From: Spirochaetia bacterium
GTDB taxonomy: Bacteria > Spirochaetota > Spirochaetia > SZUA-6 > Bin103
Assembly: GCA_965208575.1 (NCBI GenBank)
Contig: CBDBOV010000003.1
Location: 192,001 to 256,000 of the forward strand
Length of the DNA stretch: 64,000 bases
Direction: 5' to 3'
Shown here: one piece after another, positions 56,612-64,000 of the stretch
Numbering within the stretch: the stretch's first letter is position 1
Layout: the number at the start of each line of letters is the position of its first letter
Made by a program: the position numbers and the translations under genes
The notes under the pieces: model-generated
What the model saw: the letters and a program-made list of their open reading frames with translations, nothing else
Told to the model about the DNA's origin: nothing
The model's database searches: none

Positions 56612-58382
56612 CCCGGAAAGCTCACCAGGGGGATAGACACGGGGTGGAATTTGTGGTTATCTGTATATGGTAGCAACAAATACAAAGCCACAAGGAACCA
56701 CCCCGTGGAAACACACTGTACTACAGAACAACTGCTATTTGAAGGTCTCGGACGGCGCTCGGTCGTGGGCGCGTTTGATGGCGGTCGGCTGACATCGGAC
56801 AGCGGCGTGCTGTTGCTCCGCGAAGCTGACCGGTTATTTGACGTGACCGGCCGACTGGCGGCCTGTTTCACCGACTATCGCGATCCGGAGCGGGTCGAGC
56901 ATCCCCTTCAGATCCTGATCGCCCAGCGGGTGCTGGGGCTGGCGGCCGGCTATGAGGACCTCAATGACCATGACCGATTGCGTGACGACAGCGCTCTGGC
57001 GTTGGCCACCGGGTGCGCCGATGTGACCGGCGCGCAGCGCCTGCGCGAACGTGACCGCGGTCACGCCCTGGCCGGGTCCAGCACCTTGAACCGCCTGGAG
57101 CTGGGCGATCCAGACACGGCCAAGTGTCATCGCTACAAGAAGATCCTCGCCGATGGCCGGATCATCGACGACCTGCTGGTGGATCTGTTTCTGGACAGCG
57201 AGCGGCGACCGCCGGCACAGGTAGTGCTGGATCTGGATGCGACCGATGACCGGTTGCACGGCAACCAGGAAGGCCGCTTCTTCCATGGCTACTACGGCCA
57301 TTACTGTTATCTGCCGCTGTACATCACCTGTGGCGAGCATGTGCTGCGCTGCCGTCTGCGCCGCGCCGACTGCGACGCGAGTGACGGAGCGGTGGAGGAA
57401 CTGACAGTGATAGTGGCGCAGATCCGCCAACGCTGGCCGGAGACGAAGATTCTGGTGCGCGGTGACTCGGGATTCTGTCGCGAATCGATCATGGCTTGGT
57501 GCGAGGACAACGGCGTCGATTATGTGCTCGGCTTGGCGCGCAACGCACGCCTGCAGCGGCGCATCGCCAAGGCGCTGCGCAAGTCGCGGCGCCGCAGTGC
57601 GGCGAGCGGGAAGGCGTCGCGACGGTTCCGGGAGTTCCGCTACCGAACGCTGGACTCGTGGAGCCGAAGCCGCCGGGTGGTGGCCAAGGCGGAGTGGCTG
57701 CCTGGCACCGGCGGCGGCAATCCGCGCTTCGTGGTGACCAGCCTCGACCGGCAGACGATTGCCAAGCAGGCCCTCTACGAAGAGCTGTACTGCGCCCGTG
57801 GTGACATGGAGAACCGCATCAAGGAGCAGCAACTGTGGCTGTTCGCCGACCGTACCTCGACGGCGACGATGCGTGCCAATCAGATACGGCTGTACTTCTC
57901 CGCCTTTGCCGGCATCCTGTTGACGATCCTGCGCCGCGTGGGACTGCAAGGAACCGAGCTTGCCAACGCGCGCTTCGACACCATCCGGGCGCGGCTGATC
58001 AAGCTCGCGGGACGTATCAAGGTGTCGGTGCGCAGGGTACGGATCTCGTTGTCATCGGTATATCCGTTGCAGGAGCTGTTCGCACAGGCGCTCACCGCCC
58101 TGCGCGCTGCCCCCGTGTGCGTGGCCCCTGTGCGCGACGCACCTGGGTAGCCCCGCCACAGCGCCACGAAACTCACTGCAGCAGGTCTGACCAGGGGGAG
58201 GTGCGTCCAATTCCGCAGCTTGCAGCGCCTGTGACTGACCATTACGACCTGATCAGCGGCGCGTGGCACGAAAACCACGCTCGCACCGCCGCCCCACGGC
58301 CCCTCCTTGCTCTCTGCACACTTCCGGCGCCCTCAACTCGGGACCAAATCGGCCAGCCGATCCCCTTGGTGAGCGATGCGGG
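56612..58382 (+). mobile_element. Intact IS1380-family element
   Basis: IRL CCCGGAAAGCTCACCAGGGGGAT; IRR (revcomp) CCCGCATCGCTCACCAAGGGGAT; CTAG on both flanks (56608-11, 58383-86). Confidence 0.93.
56705..58150 (+). CDS. IS1380 transposase
   Basis: FDGGRLTSDSG, GYEDLND, LDLDAT, RGDSGF, YCARGDMENRIKE. Confidence 0.95.
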   Translation: METHCTTEQLLFEGLGRRSVVGAFDGGRLTSDSGVLLLREADRLFDVTGRLAACFTDYRDPERVEHPLQILIAQRVLGLAAGYEDLNDHDRLRDDSALALATGCADVTGAQRLRERDRGHALAGSSTLNRLELGDPDTAKCHRYKKILADGRIIDDLLVDLFLDSERRPPAQVVLDLDATDDRLHGNQEGRFFHGYYGHYCYLPLYITCGEHVLRCRLRRADCDASDGAVEELTVIVAQIRQRWPETKILVRGDSGFCRESIMAWCEDNGVDYVLGLARNARLQRRIAKALRKSRRRSAASGKASRRFREFRYRTLDSWSRSRRVVAKAEWLPGTGGGNPRFVVTSLDRQTIAKQALYEELYCARGDMENRIKEQQLWLFADRTSTATMRANQIRLYFSAFAGILLTILRRVGLQGTELANARFDTIRARLIKLAGRIKVSVRRVRISLSSVYPLQELFAQALTALRAAPVCVAPVRDAPG

Positions 58383-58484
58383 CTAGCCGTAGCGCCCGCG
58401 GTGCGGACCGTCCCGCCTGGTGGGACCAGGAGCACTTCCTGAGTACTTCCTGAGGCGGTGGTGGCGCCACCTGCCTCGGCTGTG

Positions 58485-58493
58485 TGCTACAGT
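58485..58493 (+). promoter_or_regulatory. Extended -10 promoter candidate for MNT-HEPN
   Basis: TG-C-TACAGT about 12 nt upstream of GTG 58506. Confidence 0.4.
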
Positions 58494-58505
58494 GCACGGG
58501 TGCCG

Positions 58506-58895
58506 GTGGACTTCGACATCGATCTGGACCGGGTCAGGGCGTTCTTGCGCGGCAAGGCCGAGGGGCGCTGTGCCCAAATCGATGAGCGCTTTGAGCGCGC
58601 AACGCTCGACGCGCAAGCCATCGTCGCCGAGATCGCGCGGGTGGTGAAGCCACGCCGCATCTATCAGTGGGGATCTCTGCTGAATCGGGACAGGTTCACC
58701 GAGATCTCCGATATCGACATCGCGCTGGAAGGGCTGGCCGGCGCTGAGCAGTTCTTTGCCGCTCTCGGCTTGGCCATGGAGAGGTCCACGTTGCCAGTCG
58801 ATGTGGTCGAGTTGGAGAAGCTCCCGTCCACCACGGCCGAGCGGATACGAGAGCGAGGCAAGTTGGTGTATGAGCGCGAACCAGCAGATCCGTGA
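58506..58895 (+). CDS. Minimal nucleotidyltransferase (MNT) antitoxin
   Basis: WGS...SDIDIA...VDVV motif. Confidence 0.85.
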   Translation: MDFDIDLDRVRAFLRGKAEGRCAQIDERFERATLDAQAIVAEIARVVKPRRIYQWGSLLNRDRFTEISDIDIALEGLAGAEQFFAALGLAMERSTLPVDVVELEKLPSTTAERIRERGKLVYEREPADP

Positions 58896-59370
58896 CCTGC
58901 TGGCGGTTCTTGAAGATCGTCGGCACACACTCCAGCAGATCTACGCCACCACCGAGCGGGCGCTGATCTGTGAGGTAGCTCAGTTGGGCAGGACCAGCGT
59001 GTCCGCGCTCATCGTCGCGGGCTTGGTAGAGAACTACTACACCTGCCTGGAGACCATCTTCGTCCGCATCTCGCAGTTCTTCGAGAACAGCCTCGATGCG
59101 GCGCGTTGGCACAGCGACCTGTTGGAGAAGATGACCCTGGCGATCGCCGATACGCGCGTCCCGGTGGTCTCCAAGGAGAACTTCCCGCCGCTGCTGGAGC
59201 TGCTCAGGTTCAGACACTTCAAGCGCTACTACTTTGATCTGGAGTATGACTGGGATCGGCTCGATTTCCTGATGGTGAAACTGCGCAAAGCGCACCCCGC
59301 CGTGGTGCGAGACCTCGAGCGGTTTATCGCGTTCCTCGAAGCGCTGATAGAGTCGGCGAAAGACACGTGA
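58870..59370 (+). CDS. HEPN (HepT-like) RNase toxin
   Basis: Helical; WHSDLL and LRFRHFKRYY motifs; overlaps the MNT gene. Confidence 0.82.
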   Translation: MSANQQIRDLLAVLEDRRHTLQQIYATTERALICEVAQLGRTSVSALIVAGLVENYYTCLETIFVRISQFFENSLDAARWHSDLLEKMTLAIADTRVPVVSKENFPPLLELLRFRHFKRYYFDLEYDWDRLDFLMVKLRKAHPAVVRDLERFIAFLEALIESAKDT

Positions 59371-59486
59371 GCACAATCCCTCGAGGCCATCAAGGCGGCG
59401 GGATCCTTATCCGCGGGACGAAGGCGCCAGGGGCCGCTGATGCGCACGGGGCCCGTACCACGGTGACGAGCCGGCCGTGCCAGGCC

Positions 59487-59526
59487 GTGCTTGCTGGTGC
59501 TTGCTGGTGCTTGCTGGTGCTTGCTG
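59487..59526. repeat. (GTGCTTGCTG)x4 perfect minisatellite
   Basis: Read directly from the sequence. Confidence 0.95.
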
Positions 59527-59572
59527 CACCACGGCTGCACCACGAACGGAGAGTGCGGCGGCAAAACCGGTG

Positions 59573-59672
59573 TTGACGGTTACCGTGTACAGCCTGAACA
59601 GCCTCGGCGACGCGGTGCGCGACCTGCTCGACCCGCGGCTGATCGGCGGCGCCGGCCGCCTGGGCGCGCAAG
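59573..59672 (+). pseudogene. C-terminal fragment of a third DppC paralogue
   Basis: LTVTVYSLNSLGDAVRDLLDPRLIGGAGRLG compared with LTIVVYCLNMFGDAVRDLLDPRLRGGGGRLG in 21084-21959. Confidence 0.8.
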
Positions 59673-60012
59673 ACACCCGGTCGGTTCGGGTGCTGGGGGT
59701 GCTGGGTCGCGCGCCCTATTGCCTCACGTAAAAATCTAACCTTACGGTGAGCGTGCCTCACGTAAGAATCTAACCGAAAGGGAGGCGGAGAACGAGGGGG
59801 GAGCGCGAGGGGGGAGACTCATAAATTGTGGATAAGTGGATAGGCTGCTGGGCGACCGGCCGGGTTGATTCAAGCACACCAACGCGACCGGGGGCGTATC
59901 TGGTTGGTCGGCGCGGATGAGGAGGCGTCAACGGCAGGGAGGTGGTCGGTGCCGTGTCGTGTCGCTGACCGAAGAGGGGGCGGACGGGTCTGGAGGCGAC
60001 TTCGGTGCTGGT

Positions 60013-60144
60013 GACACGGGGATGTCCAGACACCACCTCGTGTCGCGGAGAGGCCTTACAGCGCGGCTGAGGCGACATTTCTTGACGCCGACCGTCTGGC
60101 TCACGGATATACGGGCGTCAGAGACGCTCAGAAGTCATTTGCCG
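60013..60144. repeat. Direct repeat, copy 1 (3' flank of an rve transposase)
   Basis: Homologous to 61985-62119; both end in GTCATTT(T)GCCG, which is the transposase stop in copy 2. Confidence 0.85.
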
Positions 60145-60379
60145 AGCCGGGTGATGCCGCCCACGCCGCGATCGGCGCGCAGGTTGCTGCGGAGCGCACG
60201 GAGCGAGGCGCCCCGGACAACTGCACCGAGGTGCGTTGCCCGGGGCAGGGTCATGACAATTCCCCACCGCCGGGACGGGGTAGGCGACGAGGTTGCGACA
60301 CCGGAGCCGTCGGGATCGAACGGGGCGGAGGAGATGCTGTACCCCGCTGACGGACGGAGGGCGTAGCCCGACCGGAGTC

Positions 60380-61960
60380 AGCCGGCGCGGTGCCGTGGAG
60401 GCCACCGTGGACGACGCCGAGATGGCGGACCAGGCAGCCAAGCTGCTCGCTTCCGGGATGAGCGGCTCAGCCTGCGCTCGCGAACTCGGCATCCCGGTGA
60501 GCACCTTCAACGAGAACCGCCGCGCCGGCGTCATCACAGATCCCACCCGGGAGCCCGCCGCCAGCGCCGAGGTTGCGCCGGCGGCCACCACCACTGATCA
60601 CCCGGTCAGCACCGCCGCCGCGGTCAGCGACCCGGCGGTCGCCACTGAGCGCGCCAGCCGCGACGCCCGCGACAAGCACGCGCCCATGGGCCGCGCGGCG
60701 CGCGACGTGGAACGCCGCACGCTCGCCAGAGCCGGCCTGCTGACCGAGGCCACACCAGCGTTCGTCGAGCCCGCCCACGCGGTCGCTGGCGGCGGCGTGC
60801 TGGCCGCACTGGCGATGCTGCTGCGCGAGGGCCTGCTCACCGCCGCCAACCGCCTGTTCCGCCTGCCGGCCGGATTCTACGGCCTGACCACCATCCTCCT
60901 GTTCGTCGCCTGCATGACCCTGGCCCGGGTGCGCAACCCCGAGAGCCTGCGCTACCAGGCACCCGGCGAGTGGGGCGCCATCCTCGGCCTCGACCGCTGT
61001 CCGGAGACCAAGACGCTGCGCCGCAAGATCAGGCTGCTGGCCAGCGCCGAGCACACCGTGCGCGATTGGCAATCGGTACTGGCGCGTACCTGGGCCAGCG
61101 AGCACGACGACGACTGGACGACGCTGGCCGTGGATGGCCACGTGAAGGTGTACACCGGGCGCAACGGGCGGTTGCCGAAACACTTCGTCGCACGCCAGAA
61201 GCTGTGTCTGCCGGCGTCGGTGAGCTACTGGATCAACGCCCTCGGCGGCGCACCGCTGCTGTGCCTGCACAAGGCGCTGGACCCGAAGCCGGTGAATGCG
61301 ATCAAGCACGACGTGGTGCCGCAGTTGCAGCACCTGGGGGTGGTGACCGAAGCGGCCCCCGACCTGACCGGAGCACCGGCCGGTACCCCGCAGCTGACCC
61401 TGGTGTTCGACCGCGAGGGCTGGAGCCCGGACCTGTTCAAGCGCCTGGCCCGGCGTGGCATCGCCTGCATCACCTGGCACAAGAACTTCAACGGCGCGGA
61501 CTGGCTGCCGGAAGACTTCCACACCTTCGAGGTACCGATCCATGGTCCCGCCGGCACCAGCACGACTGCGGTTGATCTGGCCGAGCAGCCGATCATGCTG
61601 CGCAACGGGCTGGTGGTGCGCCAGATCCGGCGGCGTCTGGCCAACGGTCGTCAGGTGGCGGTGATCACCACGCACCCGCAGATGCCGTTGGCGCAGGTCG
61701 CCGGCGCCATGTTCTCGCGCTGGTCGCAGGAGAACTTCTTCAAGTACCTGCGCGAGCAGTTCAACCTTGACGCGCTGCCGAGCCATGACCTTGCGCCGCC
61801 GGAGCCCGACGCACGGGTCGTGAACCGGTGCGCCGGGCCCTGGAAAAGAGCATCAGGCGGGTACGCAGCCGGCTGGCAGCGGTCCGCAATCGCCTCGCCG
61901 AGGCACTGCAGGGACGGCACCGGGACTCCGCCACCCGGCTTACGGTCGCGGATAAAGTTG
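60380..61960 (+). pseudogene. Truncated, frameshifted putative DDE transposase (unclassified family)
   Basis: HTH, VDGHVKVY.G, LVFDREGWS and RWSQENFFKY motifs; frameshift near 61826; both ends appear missing. Confidence 0.75.
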
Positions 61961-61984
61961 CACTGAATTGCATGGTTATGCATA

Positions 61985-62119
61985 GACACGGGGGTATCCA
62001 GACACCACCTCGTGTCGTGGAGGGGCCTTACAGCGCGGCTGAGGCGACGTTTTCTCATCGCTGACCGCCCATTCTCCGATTATCGACCGTCAGACCCGCC
62101 TGAGAGGGTCATTTTGCCG
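61985..62119. repeat. Direct repeat, copy 2
   Basis: First ~64 nt differ from copy 1 at about 5 positions; the remainder is much more diverged. Confidence 0.85.
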
Positions 62120-63383
62120 TGCGACCGCTGCCACCACGCTCCTCGCTCGGTGTTTGCACCGTGCTTGGTGCGGCCTTGGCGGTCTTGCTGACGTTCAGCT
62201 GCAGCAGATCCTCGGTCAACCTGGTCAGCTCGCGCTTGAGGGCGACCGGATTCAACGTCGCGTACTGCTGCTTGAGGCGGTTCTTCACCTTCTCGCTCAC
62301 CGACTCGGAGGCCAGCATGCGGTGATACGGCGTCTGCGGGTCGTCATAGATGCGGCGCACCTTGCTGCCGGTGCGGGTTTTCTTCACCAGCTTCACCGAG
62401 GGATAGAAGAAGTTCACCAGCAGGCACAGCGGGCGGTATATCGCGTTGAGGGCAGCCAGTTCCCGGTCGGTGTCGTAACGCAGGTGGCCGACCGCCCGTC
62501 GCACCACGTGGCCATTCTTCTGCTCGACGTAGCAGGTGTCGTTCTTGCGATGCGGGCGACCCCGAGTGAACGTGATGCCGTGCGCTTCGCAATAGCGCAG
62601 CAAATGATGATTGATGAACTCGCTGCCGTTGTCGGTGTCGATCCCCCGCATCACGATCGGCAGGCTCTGCCGGGCAGCGTCGATCGCCTCGTGGGTCCAG
62701 CGCTGCGCCTTGTTCTGCACGCCGTACAGGTCGACCCAGCCGGTGTCAACGTCGGTGATGGTGAGCGTGTGGCAGAAGTCGCCTGACGCGTTGCCGCCTT
62801 CATGGCCCACCAAGTCGATCTCGAAGAAGCCCGGCTCCTGCTCGTCCCAGTCAGCGAAGGTTCGGATCGCGATCTGATCCTTCAGGAGGGTGCCCGGCTT
62901 GGTGTGCGTGCGACCCTTCAGGCGCAGCCGTGCGCGCTCCTGCTGCAGCAGCCGGTCGATGGTCGCGGCGCTGATGGTCTGCAGCTTGCCGCGCACCGCT
63001 GCGGTCAGCTCGATCTCGCCGAACGACTCCAGCGTCGGCAGCATGGTGCGCAGCACGACCACCAGGCGCTTGCCGCACATGCAGTCGAACACGTACCAGA
63101 TCAGCTTCAGAGCGACCAGCACCTCCTGGTCGTAGCGCCGCGGTCGCACGCGGCGCTGGGCAGGCCGCGGACGCCCGACCACCAGCTTCACCAGTGTGCC
63201 GTCGACTCGCACCATGCGGGTCCGTCCCCACCAGGTCAACAGATGGATCGCGTACTTGCGCTGGTACCCGGTCGACTCGACGAACTCGTCGAGTATGCGC
63301 CCCTTCTCCTTCTTGCCCGCCCGACGATACCGCTGCGCGTGCTGCTCGGTGAGCTCTCGCCTTGAACTCATCTTCAACCCCAT
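62109..63383 (-). CDS. rve/integrase-core DDE transposase
   Basis: RYRRAGKKEKGRILDEF, EIDLVGH, DTDNGSEF, YVEQKN; GGAGGAG RBS. Confidence 0.92.
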   Translation of the reverse strand: MGLKMSSRRELTEQHAQRYRRAGKKEKGRILDEFVESTGYQRKYAIHLLTWWGRTRMVRVDGTLVKLVVGRPRPAQRRVRPRRYDQEVLVALKLIWYVFDCMCGKRLVVVLRTMLPTLESFGEIELTAAVRGKLQTISAATIDRLLQQERARLRLKGRTHTKPGTLLKDQIAIRTFADWDEQEPGFFEIDLVGHEGGNASGDFCHTLTITDVDTGWVDLYGVQNKAQRWTHEAIDAARQSLPIVMRGIDTDNGSEFINHHLLRYCEAHGITFTRGRPHRKNDTCYVEQKNGHVVRRAVGHLRYDTDRELAALNAIYRPLCLLVNFFYPSVKLVKKTRTGSKVRRIYDDPQTPYHRMLASESVSEKVKNRLKQQYATLNPVALKRELTRLTEDLLQLNVSKTAKAAPSTVQTPSEERGGSGRTAK

Positions 63384-63896
63384 CTCCTCCGGAACCTCCT
63401 CACGTCCCTCGGAGAGGCTCCAACCGGACCCGGAAGGTCCAGCCCGTTCGGTTAGATTTTTAGATGAGGCATGCTTTCGCTACGGTTAGATTTTCGATGA
63501 GTCAATGCGCGCGCTTGACACGGATTTGGGCGGCCGCGTACACTCGTCCGCGAATGGGCACTGACAGCGTGCAGCCCAGCCGCCGACTACCGCCAGCCGC
63601 GCAGCAGCCGACCTCGCGGCGCCGGTGCTGACGGCGGCACCATTGATGCGTGTGGCGCACAGCCGCCACCCGTCTGTGTATTCAACGGCCGACCGCGTCG
63701 CCCGCAAACTCCACCGGTCCACACCAGCCGGCCGGTCCACACCGGCCGGTGCCGGCACTTCCATACAGACAACCGACCCATCTGCGCCCGACACAGTTGT
63801 CGACGACAGATGCGCGCTAGCTGCGCCACCGGTTGGTCCGATGGCCGAGCCACCGTCCTGTCAAGCTCCCCAAACAGCTCAAGAAAGGGGGTGCAA

Positions 63897-63966
63897 ATGA
63901 TACTCAAAGAGCCGTACGCGCGCGCGGCGTGAGCCCGGGTGAACCCGGTGAGTCACACGCCGCGCG
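63897..63966 (-). repeat. GC hairpin plus conserved tail element, copy 2 (no intron)
   Basis: Reverse complement CGCGCGGCGTGTGACTCA...GCTCACGCCGCGCG..TACGGCTCTTTGAGTATCA matches 25251-25318. Confidence 0.75.
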
Positions 63967-64000
63967 CTTCTGACAACTTGACTCAGGGCAGCCTGCGTTG

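Larger units (their letters stand above)
59703..63520 (-). mobile_element. Rearranged rve/DDE transposon bounded by paired 22-bp terminal repeats
   Basis: TGCCTCACGTAA(A/G)AATCTAACC at 59720 and 59754; inverted GGTTAGATTTT..GATGAG(G/T)CA at 63450 and 63484; TTGACA terminus at 63520; no TSD seen. Confidence 0.75.

Noticed and set aside
56633-56644. ATAGACACGGGG shared between the IS1380 left end and 61982-61993
   Set aside because: 12-nt match without flanking homology; treated as coincidence.
59703-63520. Single intact composite transposon
   Set aside because: No target-site duplication, and internal duplicated 3' flanks indicate pieces of two related copies plus a third truncated transposase.

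Overview
High-GC (~68-70% by eye) bacterial chromosomal region with no rRNA or CRISPR. The substrate-binding proteins carry signal peptides followed by A/G-E-E-type N-termini that I associate with Spirochaetota. The abundance of ABC importers, toxin-antitoxin (TA) modules and eukaryote-like proteins suggests a host-associated (e.g. sponge) spirochaete; this is inference only. Metabolic content: a hydroxyproline-type catabolic cluster with a split xanthine-dehydrogenase-family Mo enzyme, an LLM monooxygenase/flavin reductase pair, a desaturase, a PhyH dioxygenase, a vanadium haloperoxidase, gcvT-H-PA-PB and a ThDP enzyme. Transport: three sugar ABC sets and one peptide-type ABC set, all lacking ATPase genes. 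Other genes: tRNA-Asn, an ankyrin protein, a CRTAC1/ASPIC protein, HtpX, a GHKL ATPase, and many TA/defence-type genes or remnants (Uma2, Rpn, VapBC, HigA, MNT-HEPN, AAA-DUF4143). Mobile DNA: an intact IS1380, a rearranged rve/DDE element, a MITE and a group II intron remnant. The most unusual structures are: (i) four 82-bp tandem units between dppB and dppC, each encoding an intact 29-aa peptide whose stop overlaps the next start, forming an unbroken translational chain; (ii) an unexplained 80-bp-period non-coding array upstream of gcvT; (iii) a repeated hairpin element, present once empty and once followed by group II intron sequence; and (iv) a conserved structured 65-nt block downstream of two rve transposase copies. 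All assignments come from motif recognition without database searches.
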